In this document: one piece after another, positions 12,301 to 22,374 of the stretch | Numbering within the stretch: position 1 is the first letter of the stretch | How the letters are laid out: every line of letters starts with the position of its first letter | DNA from: an uncultured cyanobacterium | GTDB taxonomy: Bacteria > Cyanobacteriota > Cyanobacteriia > Leptolyngbyales > Leptolyngbyaceae | Direction of reading: 5' to 3' | NCBI GenBank assembly: GCA_963766075.1 | Contig: CAVYAN010000074.1 | Span: 1-64,000, forward strand | Length of the DNA: 64,000 bases | Translations under genes and position numbers: made by a program | The notes under the pieces: generated by a model | The model's database searches: none | The model's input: only the letters and a program-made list of their open reading frames with translations | Told to the model about the DNA's origin: nothing

Positions 12301-12542
12301 CTACGGTGCAACTCATTGTTTGCGACATTGAGATGCCGAACATGAATGGGTTTGAGTTCCTCAATCATCGGCGTCAAGATCCCCATTTGGCGACCCTACC
12401 CATTGTGATGCTGACCTCCCGTAGCAACGACAAGCATCGCTGGCTAGCCAAGCAGCTGGGAGCCACCGCATACCTAACCAAACCCTATCTAGAACAGGAA
12501 CTCCTCGACACCCTGGACACATTAATTCATGCAGAAGCCTGA
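9330..12542 (+). CDS. cheA: CheA-like hybrid kinase (Hpt-dimerisation-HATPase-CheW-REC)
   Basis: MRAAHTIKGGAA Hpt; HLMRNAFDHGIE; DDGCG; SGRGIGLDVV; C-terminal REC CDIEMP...YLTKP. Confidence 0.94.
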   Translation: MAMNSDIRDQAYQFFTEEAPELLQGLESGLLSLSENRSTAKIHELMRAAHTIKGGAASVGLEAIATLAHRLETIFQALYSDQVPIQPTLEGQLLQAYDCLRLPLMEQLTIGSFDAERALAEAAPVFDQIEMHLGDALNQVDRYIPTSTELGVDMVTEMMEVDVAEGLQRLATILATPEQYDVIGELQVQVEVLVGLAELFKLPGFEAIADTMQMALVTHPDDFLEIAHLTLADFERSRQAILMGDRAYADGPSEALVALAQSTAAMPSELTESEALPPSSAAIPSELAESEAPPSSSEPGNFSLLETLFSGDFSLTTPIWDEDALSVEEQEDPYSLDPALDPAVDFTADPAVDPSLLGEIPTLLPVDPIAASLAELNRLATAATAPITAVPLRVPSRSLFTREVNSPALPPLTIRVDADRMEQMNNLIGELTINRDGLSLQNEQLQRVQRELMERFSRFQQRVDRLQQLSDLPSVTPAANYQKPVQPGQGMRSGTGKYTPAVGPGGQVGRPSIPSPFTAEFDALEMDRYGGLHTQLQEILEDIVQLEEAAEDITLLVKQSSQTLDEQRYMLTTLRDEVMRARMSPLGDVLNQFPRILRDLSVTYQKPVNVKLTGTDILVERAMLEKLHDPLLHLMRNAFDHGIESPSERQQQGKSAQGLIEIRAYRRGNRTVVEVKDDGCGLNLERIRDRVLELNWLSAEQLATVSTEQLIEFIFEPGFSTASQVSELSGRGIGLDVVRSYLRSIKGTVTVNSSPENGTTFSLYLPLTLTITKLLIVLANSVALALPVDSIEEIITPEPEQVRQLNQQRFLTWQEHIIPIYRLADQLDYACPLPAAPASKFIAGAIPHPASWALPILILRQEQQVFALEVDRLIAEQELVIKPFSDAIASPSYTCGCTILGDGSLLPVIDGNTLLSLGLEQAKAGADLVIPQPAKAQPPRVFNAVQTPMVLVVDDAVTLRRTLALSLERAGYQVQQARDGEEAIRQLQEHPTVQLIVCDIEMPNMNGFEFLNHRRQDPHLATLPIVMLTSRSNDKHRWLAKQLGATAYLTKPYLEQELLDTLDTLIHAEA
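10117..10218 (+). repeat. In-frame ~51-bp imperfect tandem duplication in the CheA linker
   Basis: Encodes AAMPSELTESEALPPSS / AAIPSELAESEAPPSSS. Confidence 0.8.
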
Positions 12543-12551
12543 ATTCGCATA

Positions 12552-13544
12552 AGGGACTTGCAAACAAATAATCATTCCAATATGTAAATTCTGCGGTAAG
12601 GGCGAAGCCTTTGGGTAATTAGTCAGCGCAAGAAGCGGGGCTTATTGAGAACGCCCTCATCAGCCCCGGAAATGTTGGATTATTGAGCGGATTCGAGGAG
12701 CGGCGGATCGCAGCGGGGCGCTAAAACCTTGAATAATTCAGCCACAGCATTTTTCCCCTGCAACCGCATGGTTTCGAGGAAACTGAACATCATCGCCACC
12801 CGTTGCCTACCCCAATGGCTTCTGGCTCCCCCACTCACTTTGCGATGAATCACCACTGGCCGCAGTCCGCGTTCGGCATCATTATTGTCCGGTTTTACTT
12901 CCGGATAACTCAGAAAAGTAAACCAGTCTTGCCAATGACGATTAAACCGATTCGCTAAACCTTGGGCATCGCTGGGCCAACCTTTCGCCGGGGGATGGTT
13001 CAACACATAGGCCAAGTTCCGCCTCCACAATCGAACGAGAGGTCTGTAGCTCGGCTCGACTCATGTGTCCGGCATGATAATCCCGATGGGCGGTGCGGGC
13101 ACTGTGAATAATCGGGAAAATCTGCTGCGCGAATTGGCAATTGCCCGCAAAGTGCGACGCCGCTAAGGCCGCTAATTCCCGTTCAATATGCGCCCAGCAC
13201 TTCTGCTTTGCCTGCGCACTCTGTGCCCTATAAGCACTCCAACAATCGCTACTGAGAATGCCGCCAAAACCAACCTTTCGACCAAGACAATCACGTCCTC
13301 TGAGCTCTCCGCGTATACGGCCAGGATCACTTCTCGACTCAGACGAACGTGCGACGGAGGAGGATTCATTTGGATACAAACTCAGACTTACTCTGCAATA
13401 GCTTTGACTTGTACTTTAGACCACAAAAACGGATCCACAGTAAATCTTCTCCATCTTTTAATGCTGAGTAGTTACGATTTCTCTCTCCTCCTATTGACTT
13501 TCAAGACAATCACTCCTGGGATGATTTTTTGTTTGTAAGTCCCT
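12552..13544. mobile_element. Outer MITE-like element with 24-bp terminal inverted repeats, enclosing the IS66 remnant
   Basis: AGGGACTTGCAAACAAATAATCAT (12552-12575) versus reverse complement of 13521-13544, AGGGACTTACAAACAAAAAATCAT (22/24 match). Confidence 0.7.
12615..13475 (-). mobile_element. IS66-family element, internally deleted, transposase pseudogene
   Basis: GTAA-starting imperfect TIRs (GTAATTAGTCAGC at 12615; GCTGAGTAGTTAC ending 13475). TnpC fragments in three frames: N-terminal SHVRLSREVILAVY, then GILSSDCWSAY...QKCWAHIEREL, then PDNNDAERGLRPVVIHRKVSGG. Confidence 0.85.
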
Positions 13545-13588
13545 GAAATGGGAATCAGCCATCTTGGAAATGGGAATCAGCCATCTTG
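13545..13588. repeat. Perfect 22-bp tandem duplication abutting the outer TIR
   Basis: GAAATGGGAATCAGCCATCTTG x2. Confidence 0.9.
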
Positions 13589-13708
13589 GATGTTTGTTGA
13601 TCATCCTAATCTTGCTTGAGCTTCTCATCCAGGCTTGCAAAGTGGTCCGACTTAGAGAACTTATACCCTTCTACTTTTCACAAGGCTCTTCCCTGAAAGA
13701 GGTATATT

Positions 13709-15130
13709 TTATTTGCCAATGCAGAATCGACTAAAAATTCGATTGAGCACGGATTCAGTCACATCTTCGCCAATGATTTCGCCCAGGGATTGAATTGCCA
13801 TGCGCAAATCAATCGTCCAAAAGTCCAGAGGCATCTGCTGCACTATGGTGGTTTGCACCTGTTCTAAGGCGGATTTGGCCTGGATCAGCGCAGCAGCTTG
13901 TCGTTGGTTGATGGCGATATCGAGATGTGCGGCGTGTAAGGTTCCCGCTTGAGCGATCGCTAATATCGCTTGTTCTAACGCCTCAATGCCTTGGTTTAGT
14001 GCAGCGGCAGTGGGGATGCAGGGTGGACATAATCTATTGAGGGAATCCGGCAAGAACACGGGAGGGTTGCTGCGCGTTGAGGGGTCGAGAAGATCGGTTT
14101 TGTTGAGGATCAGCATGAGAGCCCGCTGTTTTAAAGCAGCCTGATCTAAGGCCAACTGCTCATAAATGACCTGATCGGCAGGGGTCCAACCGACTTGGGC
14201 ATCGAGGACAAATAGAATCAGGTCAGCGGCAGCGGCAGCAGCGCGCGATCGCTCTACCCCGATTTTTTCTACTGCATCCTCGGTCTCTCGAATGCCTGCT
14301 GTATCAAGAACCTGGATGGGAATGCCTCCCACGACCAACTGCGACTCCACCACATCGCGGGTGGTGCCTGGGAGGGGCGTGACGATCGCGCGATCGCTGC
14401 GACTCCAGGCATTCAGCAAACTGGATTTACCCACATTGGGCCGACCGACAATCGCTACTTTGAGTCCGGTGCGCAAAAGTTCCCCGCGATCGGCTGTGGT
14501 CAAAATCTGGGTAACGGTGGCTAGGGCCTGATCGATCTGCGATTGCACCGCTGCTTCGTCCAGCGGTGGCAAGTCCTCTTCAAAATCGATCCGGGCCTCT
14601 ACTTCGGCCAAAATATCCAGGCAGGTGGCCCGCAGGTCGCGAATCGGTTGGGCCAGTTTGCCTTGAATGCCCGCTAGCGCCGTTTGGGCGGCTTGGGGCG
14701 ATCGCGCCCCCACTAAATCAGCCACACTTTCCGCTTGGGTGAGATCCAGTCGCCCATTCAGAAACGCCCGCAGCGTGAACTCACCCGCTTGGGCCAACCG
14801 CGCCCCCTGTTCTAGACAAAGTTGTAGCACCTGTTGCACCGCCATCATGCCCCCATGACAGTGAAATTCCACCACATCTTCGCGGGTGAAGGATCGCGGC
14901 GCTAGCATAATCAATAATAAGGCTTCATCAACGACTGCATGGGTACTAGGACGTTGCACAAATCCATAGAGAATCCGATGACTTTCCCAGGGCTGCTGAC
15001 CCGGAGCCCGAAACAGTTTCTGGGCGATCGCCAGCGCTTCCGGCCCGGAAACCCGGACAATGCCAACACTGCCCTGTTCCGGGACAATGGCAGTAGCAAT
15101 AGCAGCGATCGTCGAAGCAGCGGTAAGCAT
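13709..15130 (-). CDS. mnmE: tRNA modification GTPase MnmE (TrmE)
   Basis: [52 protein letters not shown]-terminal FCIGK. Start set at MLTAAST. Confidence 0.97.
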   Translation of the reverse strand: MLTAASTIAAIATAIVPEQGSVGIVRVSGPEALAIAQKLFRAPGQQPWESHRILYGFVQRPSTHAVVDEALLLIMLAPRSFTREDVVEFHCHGGMMAVQQVLQLCLEQGARLAQAGEFTLRAFLNGRLDLTQAESVADLVGARSPQAAQTALAGIQGKLAQPIRDLRATCLDILAEVEARIDFEEDLPPLDEAAVQSQIDQALATVTQILTTADRGELLRTGLKVAIVGRPNVGKSSLLNAWSRSDRAIVTPLPGTTRDVVESQLVVGGIPIQVLDTAGIRETEDAVEKIGVERSRAAAAAADLILFVLDAQVGWTPADQVIYEQLALDQAALKQRALMLILNKTDLLDPSTRSNPPVFLPDSLNRLCPPCIPTAAALNQGIEALEQAILAIAQAGTLHAAHLDIAINQRQAAALIQAKSALEQVQTTIVQQMPLDFWTIDLRMAIQSLGEIIGEDVTESVLNRIFSRFCIGK

Positions 15131-15313
15131 TGTCTGACTTGATGGAGGAGTGTAGGTTGAGCTGGTCGTGTGAATTGATGTGGACGTGTGAGTTGATGTC
15201 GCCCTGTGAATCGAGGTGCAAATATTTTGGGTTGGCACGCTTCGAGCCAGATGCTTGCCCATTTTAGTTGTAATCGCTGCTCAAAGGGACAGCCCGCACA
15301 TCTGGGATTGGTT

Positions 15314-15895
15314 CTAGCCCTCTGCTGTCCAATCGGTATGGGTCAAACTCGTCAGAATATGATCTTCCCATTGCCCATTGATCAGCAAATAGTCCCTGGC
15401 ATAGCCTTCCACACTAAAACCCAACCGCCGCAGCAAGTTGCCACTGCGCTGATTGCGGGGCATATAGGCCGCCATCACCCGATGGAAATCCAACTCCGCA
15501 AACATAAAGGGAATGGCCGTGGCTAGCGCTTCCTGCATGTAGCCCTGGCCTTGGTGGACTTCTGCCAGCCCATAGCCCAGGATGCAGGCGTGAAAGGGAT
15601 GCCGCACAAACTGGGTAAAGTTAATGCTGCCCACAATAGTCTCGGGCTGGGCGCGGTCAAATAGGAATAGGCGGAGGGCGCGATCGCACTCAAATTCTAC
15701 CGCATGGTTCTCCACTTGGATTTGCCAAAACCGCTGCGTCAAAAACTGATCCGGACGAATTGGGTCGAAGGGCTGATGGAACGCCAGATTGTCTTCAAAG
15801 TACCGTAAAATCTCTGCCACATCCCGATAGTTTGCCATCCGCACAATCAACCGAGGTGTTGTAAAGCAGGGAGGAGACAGATTGATTTTGTGCAT
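15314..15895 (-). CDS. rimJ: RimJ-like GNAT N-acetyltransferase
   Basis: FHACILGYGL, QGQGYMQEAL, AYMPRNQRSGNLLRRLGF, YLLINGQWEDH. Confidence 0.88.
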   Translation of the reverse strand: MHKINLSPPCFTTPRLIVRMANYRDVAEILRYFEDNLAFHQPFDPIRPDQFLTQRFWQIQVENHAVEFECDRALRLFLFDRAQPETIVGSINFTQFVRHPFHACILGYGLAEVHQGQGYMQEALATAIPFMFAELDFHRVMAAYMPRNQRSGNLLRRLGFSVEGYARDYLLINGQWEDHILTSLTHTDWTAEG

Positions 15896-15980
15896 GGCTG
15901 TGGTCCGATCCGCCCGGAATCATGAAAAACGTCCCTCAAAAACGTCTCTCAAAGAGCCGCATTTTTTATTTTGTGCTTTT

Positions 15981-16715
15981 TTAATCCCACGGAGTATCCG
16001 ACAGGGGGGCAATCAGACTGACGCTGGCCCTAACATAGCATTGCTTCGGGGATACCCAAAGCCAAGGCTGGTTGCGATCGTCCAATTGAAAATGGCTGTC
16101 GCGGGCTGCCGTCATGCGGTTGAGCCGCTCTCCAGAGCGAAACGTAAAGGTGACTTTGCCGTTTGGCGTGGCCCGACAATTCAGTTTGCCATCGGCCGCC
16201 ACGACTTCCCACTCTGGCCAGATCAGCTTTTGGCCCAGACTGTCATAGGTGCGGGCATTGCCGTCCTGGTAATTGCCTTGACGATCAGCCTTAGGCAAGG
16301 CTTCCTGTAGGGTCGTGGTAAAGCGCTGTCCCACGAATTCACAGCTCTTGCCCCCTGTGACCTGCCAAGCCACTTCCAGGCCCGTGGGGTCAAATCGCCC
16401 TCGCTGCGTCAACTTCAGGCTGACATCCCCCTCACAGAAGATCTGGGGCTGGTTGATGGGTTCGGTGTTCGGGCGATCGCTAAAGGTGCCCAGATAGGTG
16501 CCCTGACTGCGTGCATTGGCGTCGAAAGAGCCTTCCCAGGTGACCCCGCCCACGCGACTGCGATACTGGCCAGAGAGGCGATCGCTCTTGCCCCCAATAG
16601 TAATCACAGTGGCACCAGAGTCGCTGACCACAGTACCCGCTGGGCTGCTGCTCGGCCAAGCGATTAACCCCAACCCTAGAAGAAAGGTTAATGGACGCAA
16701 AGCATGACTTAGCAT
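15981..16715 (-). CDS. Secreted hypothetical protein, possible C-terminal SH3-like domain
   Basis: Signal-peptide-like N-terminus from MLSHAL; C-terminal LNCRATPNGKV...WLWV...CYVRA resembles bacterial SH3-like segments. Confidence 0.6.
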   Translation of the reverse strand: MLSHALRPLTFLLGLGLIAWPSSSPAGTVVSDSGATVITIGGKSDRLSGQYRSRVGGVTWEGSFDANARSQGTYLGTFSDRPNTEPINQPQIFCEGDVSLKLTQRGRFDPTGLEVAWQVTGGKSCEFVGQRFTTTLQEALPKADRQGNYQDGNARTYDSLGQKLIWPEWEVVAADGKLNCRATPNGKVTFTFRSGERLNRMTAARDSHFQLDDRNQPWLWVSPKQCYVRASVSLIAPLSDTPWD

Positions 16716-16994
16716 GGGGATTAATTCTCCGATAACTCCTAGGGGTACCCCCAACTCCGCAGGCATTTTGGTCTATTCCAGATCGGTTCTGCTATTGAAT
16801 GCCTGTCATCGATGGTCATATTCAGGGCGACTGCCCGGAAAGATTCTACCGTAGAAGTTTGCCCTACGGCTACGCTCAGGGCGCAAGCGGGTTGAGCGTA
16901 GCCGTGGCTGGCTGAGCGGAGTCGTGGCTGGCAGAAATCCCCTAGGATGCCTGAGGTGCTGCCATCGGTAAGGATCAATCGGCAAGCGGTTGAC

Positions 16995-19148
16995 CTACTG
17001 CAACACTTCGGCAATGGCCATAATGCCCTGGCGAGAGAGGGTCTGCACAAGGGCATCTGCACCAGAGCGATCCTGAAACAAGCCAATTTGCAGAATCGAT
17101 CGCCCTTGGGCTTGCGTATAGAAGGCATCCGGTGCCAAAGCGCGAATCTGGGCTTCTTGATCCGGTGCCACCTTCTCTACGTAAACGCGGTAGCGATAGC
17201 CCAGTTCTAAAGCCCGACTGCGGCCATTTGGGAAGCCCTGACTCCGCTGAGGTCCGCGATATACAAAGGACTGCGGTGACGAACCCACATTGCCGATGGG
17301 GGCGTTTGGATCGGGCACGGGCAGCAGGTTAGGGGCCGAATTGGGTACCGTTGTTAATGCCAAGGGTGCGATGGTTCGAGGGGGCGCGCCATTCAGGGAG
17401 ACTGGTCGGGGCGCTAATGGTCGGGGCGCTAGTGGACGCGGGGCCAGTGGGCGCGGGGCCAGTGGACGCGGGGCGATCGCCGAACGTGACAAATCGAGGC
17501 TCATCACTGTTACCCGTTCTGAAGAGGGTCGATTCACCGTTACGGAGCTTTGTGAGTCTGGGGGAGGTACGGCGATCGGCACTGGCGAGGTGGGCGTTGG
17601 CACTCGTAAAACGGATGAGCTAACCTTCGGTGCCTCGATCTCCGATCGGACGATCGCTGATGGTCCAATTGCGGGTGTTCTGATTGTGGGTGGGTCAGTT
17701 CCACGGAGTGCTGGGCGAGTTGTCGATATTCCCGCTGCCGATCCTCCGGTTGCTGCTGTTGCCAGCATAGGCGGTCGGGATGGTGTCGCTGTGGGCACGA
17801 TCGCTGTGGGCACGATCGCTACTCCCTCAAACCGGGCCGTTGCCCTTTCCGTTGGGGCGATCGATGGCAGCGCGGATGGACGCGCGGGGGTTCTGAGTGG
17901 CGATCGCACTGCCGCCGCAGGCAGGACTGGCGCTGGAAATGATTTTGCCGAAATCAGGCTGCCTGTCGGCGTTGGGGCTAGATTGGCAGAACCCGGAGCG
18001 ATCGTTGGAGCGAGAGCTAATTGCTCCCCGCTGGCCGATCCACTGACTGGCTGTGTTCCTGTGACCTCCACGCGGCCCAGTAGGGTTGTGATCTCATTGC
18101 CAAAGGCCGCAATGGGTCCGCCATTGGACTGATTATTCAAATCAAATTGGCCATTATTGCGAAACCAATTGCCTCCCGGCGAGGCGATCGTTCCCAAGTC
18201 GGGTTGCGCCTGGGCCGCGATGATCATTCCGCCTTTCTGATTACGCTCTACCGAATTGCCGCGCAGAATAGGTCGTGCCGTGTCCTGTACTACAATTCCC
18301 TGCTCATTCTCCGTCAGCCGATTGCCAATCATCAAGGGGGCCGCCGCTTGATCAATGTGAATGGCGATCGCCATTTGTTCAAACACATTGTCCTGAATCC
18401 GAGGACGGGCCGTCCCATGAACCATCAGCCCAGAATTTCGATTGGCATAGAAGAAATTGTTGCTAATTAAGGGACTCGCCGTGCCCTGTAGGGCAATGCC
18501 CGCCTGACTGTTTGCCGTAAAGGTATTACTCAGCACCGTGGGCTGGGTAGACTCAATCCATAATCCGTAGCCCTGGGGCTGTGGATTAGTAATTGTTACC
18601 CCCACCAAGGCCGCCCGACTTGCCCCCACCACCGTTACATTTGGGGAAGCAGCGATGGCACTGCCATACGCGCCGCCGCCGCGCACGACGATCGCCTGTC
18701 CCCGCGTTTCCACATCCCCCTGCACAATCACCCCGGGCTTTAGCCGCAGCGGAAACACCTCGCCGCTGTCTACGCTGTAGGTGCCAGCCTCTAGCCGAAT
18801 CACGGTATCGGGTGTGGCCACTTGCAGGGCGTGGGTAATCGTTCGGAACGGCAGTTGCGCATCGCCTTGTCCCCGCGCATCATCACCCCTCACCGGATCG
18901 ACCCGAATCACTCGCTGTGTCGGGGAGCTGGCTCGGATTGCAGCGTCTCCCCGCATGGGTTGAATCGGAGAGTCTGCCAAAATTGGTTTGCCGTTTGCCG
19001 GATCGGGTGTCGCCCAAACCGATGTGCCAGGGCCTCCGATAATTCCGAGCAATCCGGCTCCGATCACTACCCCCGCCCAGGATCGTGGTAGCGGGCCGTC
19101 TACAGCGATCGCGCAACCCAGTGAAGCAGACCACAAAGAATTAAACAC
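16995..19148 (-). CDS. DUF1565 beta-helix protein with Pro-rich linker and C-terminal SPOR-like domain
   Basis: VDPVRGDD...PFRTITHAL...GTYSVDSGEVFPL DUF1565 signature; parallel beta-helix repeats; C-terminal APDAF...LQIGLFQDRSGADAL. Confidence 0.82.
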   Translation of the reverse strand: MFNSLWSASLGCAIAVDGPLPRSWAGVVIGAGLLGIIGGPGTSVWATPDPANGKPILADSPIQPMRGDAAIRASSPTQRVIRVDPVRGDDARGQGDAQLPFRTITHALQVATPDTVIRLEAGTYSVDSGEVFPLRLKPGVIVQGDVETRGQAIVVRGGGAYGSAIAASPNVTVVGASRAALVGVTITNPQPQGYGLWIESTQPTVLSNTFTANSQAGIALQGTASPLISNNFFYANRNSGLMVHGTARPRIQDNVFEQMAIAIHIDQAAAPLMIGNRLTENEQGIVVQDTARPILRGNSVERNQKGGMIIAAQAQPDLGTIASPGGNWFRNNGQFDLNNQSNGGPIAAFGNEITTLLGRVEVTGTQPVSGSASGEQLALAPTIAPGSANLAPTPTGSLISAKSFPAPVLPAAAVRSPLRTPARPSALPSIAPTERATARFEGVAIVPTAIVPTATPSRPPMLATAATGGSAAGISTTRPALRGTDPPTIRTPAIGPSAIVRSEIEAPKVSSSVLRVPTPTSPVPIAVPPPDSQSSVTVNRPSSERVTVMSLDLSRSAIAPRPLAPRPLAPRPLAPRPLAPRPVSLNGAPPRTIAPLALTTVPNSAPNLLPVPDPNAPIGNVGSSPQSFVYRGPQRSQGFPNGRSRALELGYRYRVYVEKVAPDQEAQIRALAPDAFYTQAQGRSILQIGLFQDRSGADALVQTLSRQGIMAIAEVLQ
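17401..17476 (-). repeat. 15-bp in-frame tandem repeat encoding (APRPL)x4-APRPV
   Basis: Seen in the sequence and in the translation. Confidence 0.85.
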
Positions 19149-19376
19149 AGCAATTATGCGCAGAAAATCATGCGCAGAAAAACTTTACAGGAACAAAACC
19201 ACACGTCAAACCGGTCCCACGCCTAACGGTATAGCAAAGCTGCTAAGACTATTCCGTCAAGCGTTGGTTTCAAATTTACTCGATTCCCTCAGGAACGACA
19301 CATTTTTTTGGCAGAGATTTTTGGCAGAAATTAAAGGAATGCGCCCAAAAATCATTAGGTCTGAACTGCGTCTTTC

Positions 19377-20093
19377 CTAAATCCGCTGCAACAAGTTTTT
19401 GCCGTGGGTGTCCGTCCCACAGGTACTGAGCAAGCTGTAGGCGTTTTGCAGCGCCTGTACCCGCTCAGTTTGAGCGGGACTAGTGCGCCACGGATTGGGA
19501 TTGTCGTAGGCATAAAAAGTTTCTACTCCGTCAATCCCCATGCCAGCGACAGCGGCAATCAGATCTTCCGGTGGCTTCCGGTAGCGTACTGGATGCGCCA
19601 AGACTGCGATCCCCCCAGCCGCTTGGATCGCAGCAATCACCCGCTGGGCGGCGGCGTCTTTCCCTGTTGGGGCTTGCCGTTGCAGGTAAGGCCGCATTGC
19701 CGCGCTGCTGGGATCAAAGGCGTAGCCCAAAATGTGCACCTCAATTTCCAGCAGTTGAGACGTGACCTCTACGCCGGTCCATAGCTGAGGCAAGTGATGG
19801 CTGGATTTGCCGTTCCAGGCAAGGCGCTCACGTTCATCTCGGAGCCAGTCCTGCGCTTGTTGATAGCCATTCACCGTGTGGTGGTCGGTAATGGCCAAGC
19901 CGCTCAGACCAATGGCGATCGCCTGTTTTAGCAGGGCCTCCGGTATCAACTGTCCGTCCGAACAAAGGGTATGCATGTGAAAGTTGAAGTGAGTCGGACA
20001 GCTCTCTGCGTGAATGGCTGCAAACACTCGCCGCAGCGCTGAAACGTCTTGGGCGGCTGGGACAACCTCAACCTGGGCCAAATCAAACGCCAT
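19377..20093 (-). CDS. PHP-domain metal-dependent phosphoesterase
   Basis: FHMHTLCSDG, AITDHH, GVE, HILGY, LAHP, GTDTHG. Confidence 0.92.
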   Translation of the reverse strand: MAFDLAQVEVVPAAQDVSALRRVFAAIHAESCPTHFNFHMHTLCSDGQLIPEALLKQAIAIGLSGLAITDHHTVNGYQQAQDWLRDERERLAWNGKSSHHLPQLWTGVEVTSQLLEIEVHILGYAFDPSSAAMRPYLQRQAPTGKDAAAQRVIAAIQAAGGIAVLAHPVRYRKPPEDLIAAVAGMGIDGVETFYAYDNPNPWRTSPAQTERVQALQNAYSLLSTCGTDTHGKNLLQRI

Positions 20094-20362
20094 ATTCGCC
20101 TCGCAAATCAAACGCCATATTCCCCCCAAAACGGATGGGCTTGTGCTGTAGTACCGTAGCTATACAGATTTTAACAATCTTAAATAGAAGCTTGTGAAGA
20201 ATTTATAAAGCAAAATCCCTATCTGGAGTCACCGCCCTAGGCAAAACCCTGCCAGGATTGAACTCGGGTTTCCTATGATACTTTACCAATGGTCTGATAA
20301 GAGAAACGAATACCCCAGGCCAGCCTTTCATTGAAAATAAATATCGAAAATGGAGTCACCGC

Positions 20363-21331
20363 ATGAATTATTTGGAAACAGCCGCCCAGTTTTATGGCGA
20401 GGTCGCAGAAACCCCTCAAGTTGGGCTGTGCTGTGTACAAAGTAGCCCCCTACAACTGCCGGGACTGAATATTCCCCAGACCATGCAGGAGATGAACTAT
20501 GGCTGTGGAACAACCGTGCACCCTACGGAATTGGCTGGAAACCCAACGGTGGTCTATATCGGCGTGGGCGGTGGCCTAGAGGCCCTGCAGTTTGCCTATT
20601 TTTCCCGGGGACCCGCCACTGTAATCGCGATTGAGCCCGTGGCCGCTATGCGGGCGGCGGCATTGCGTAATTTGCAAGTCGCGGCAGAAATGAACGACTG
20701 GTTTGATGTTGATTTTGTCGATATTCGGGCGGGGGATGCTTTTAATTTGCCCATTGCTGATGCGTCTGTGGATGTTGTGGCTCAAAATTGTTTGTTTAAC
20801 ATTTTTGAGCCTGCCGATCTACATCGGGCATTACTGGAGTCCTACCGGGTGCTGAAGCCGAATGGACGCCTGATTATGAGTGATCCCATTGCCACCCGAC
20901 CGATTCCGCCGCACCTGCAACAGGACGATCGCCTGCGAGCCATGTGTCTCTCGGGTGCCCTGAGCTACGAGCAGTACATCCAGCACTTAGTTGCCGTAGG
21001 CTTTGGCCAGGTTGAAATTCGCGATCGCCGCCCCTACCGCCTGCTGGATGTCCAAAGCTATGGTCTGGACCAACCCCTGCTTCTTGAAAGTTTGGATTCC
21101 GTCTGCTTCAAAGTGCCGATTGCCGAGGATGGAGCCTGCATCTTTACTGGAAAAACGGCTATCTACTGCGGTTCTGCCGACTTTTTAGATGATCAGGCCG
21201 GACACATTATGTCCAAGGGGATTCCGACCGCCGTTTGCGACAAAACTGCCGCCGCCTTAGCGGCAAAATTTCCCACAGATGTCATGATTACTCCCGCTAC
21301 CTGGCATTACGACGGGGGGGGCTGCTGTTGA
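20363..21331 (+). CDS. arsM: Arsenite S-adenosylmethionine methyltransferase (cyanobacterial ArsM type)
   Basis: GLCC, MNYGCG, SAM-binding GVGGG, AQNCLFN, LRAMCLSGA, C-terminal WHYDGGGCC. Confidence 0.88.
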   Translation: MNYLETAAQFYGEVAETPQVGLCCVQSSPLQLPGLNIPQTMQEMNYGCGTTVHPTELAGNPTVVYIGVGGGLEALQFAYFSRGPATVIAIEPVAAMRAAALRNLQVAAEMNDWFDVDFVDIRAGDAFNLPIADASVDVVAQNCLFNIFEPADLHRALLESYRVLKPNGRLIMSDPIATRPIPPHLQQDDRLRAMCLSGALSYEQYIQHLVAVGFGQVEIRDRRPYRLLDVQSYGLDQPLLLESLDSVCFKVPIAEDGACIFTGKTAIYCGSADFLDDQAGHIMSKGIPTAVCDKTAAALAAKFPTDVMITPATWHYDGGGCC

Positions 21332-21714
21332 TCTCCCGCTGCTCTCCTGCTGCTCCTGGCTTTTTCATGGCGGCTGGCCTGCACTCGGAATGCCTCGCCA
21401 GATGCTCTCAGTGGCCAGATGCCCTCAGTGACCAGATTTTTGCTGCCAACTTACACCACTTTTATGACGTTTTGAGGAGTTGGCGATGGTTTGGTGGGAC
21501 TGGTAATATTGCGACATTCTATCCAGTCCTTCTTGCCATTGTTCCCCTGGCTGAATTACGCGCTCTCAGGAAAGAAAAGTCGTTCTTAGGAAGGTTTTTC
21601 CTCACTCACTTGGGTGACCGCCTGGGAGGAAGGCCAGTTGCCCAGTTCGGTCATAGTCTTGGATGGGGCTGGGCCAGTTGGCTCAGTCACCCCAAAGCAT
21701 CCTTTATCGTAGGC

Positions 21715-22173
21715 ATGATGTTTCCCAAAATTCTGGTTGCCATCGATCAATCCGAAATCAGTAAGCGCGTCTTTCAAACGGCCCTCGTGTTCGCCCGTGC
21801 CACCCAAGCAGAGCTCATGCTCGCTCAGGTGCTGTCTTTGTATAGTGCGTCTGTAGAGCTTGTCCCGAATGGGGTTTACCCATCCAGTGTGGATGCGATC
21901 GGGCTGTATGTTGAGCAGGTAAAAACAATGAAGGACCAAGGACTGCGACGATTGCGACAATACCGAGATCGCGCCGACATTGCGGGGGTGGAAACCCAGT
22001 ATCGCCAAACCCTAGGGGAACCGGGGCGGGAAATCTGTAGACTGGCGGACTCTTGGGGGGCATCCTTGATTATTGTAGAGCGGCAATATGGCAGCTTGGC
22101 TACTGAACGACCCGTGAGTAGTATGTGCAACTACGTGATTCGCCATGCTCCAGCGGCGGTTTTAATGGTATAG
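21715..22173 (+). CDS. Universal stress protein
   Basis: MFPKILVAIDQSEIS...GEPGREIC...LIIV...SSMCNYVIRHAP. The upstream part of track ORF 21235 is not considered coding. Confidence 0.85.
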   Translation: MMFPKILVAIDQSEISKRVFQTALVFARATQAELMLAQVLSLYSASVELVPNGVYPSSVDAIGLYVEQVKTMKDQGLRRLRQYRDRADIAGVETQYRQTLGEPGREICRLADSWGASLIIVERQYGSLATERPVSSMCNYVIRHAPAAVLMV

Positions 22174-22374
22174 GGGCTGTTTTAGGTATGAGGGCTGTTT
22201 TAGGGATAAGGGCCGTCCTAGGTTTTTGCTTCTTTGGCTTTAATTTTTCGGGAGGGTGCTGTGACACCCGCGTAACAGGAACATGTGTTCCTACAGTTCG
22301 TCGTCTAACTTAGGATAATAATTCTAGAGGGATCCACGAATTCTTGAGGGATCTACTTCTGTGGAGTGAGCGTT

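Noticed and set aside
4001..12542. Absence of cheR and cheB from the chemosensory cluster
   Set aside because: Normal for cyanobacterial PatA-CheY-CheW-MCP-CheA pilus-associated clusters.
15131..15262. Thr/Ser/His-rich N-terminal extension of MnmE in the ORF track
   Set aside because: MnmE homology begins at [13 protein letters not shown]; the extension looks like low-complexity intergenic sequence read in frame.
17290..18132. Long antisense ORFs (for example 17290-18132, 22975-23667, 10070-10687, 63109-63528)
   Set aside because: Shadow frames of well-supported genes on the opposite strand.
21235..21714. Long N-terminal extension fused to the USP
   Set aside because: Overlaps arsM, starts at TTG and has no recognisable domain; the USP fold begins at 21715.
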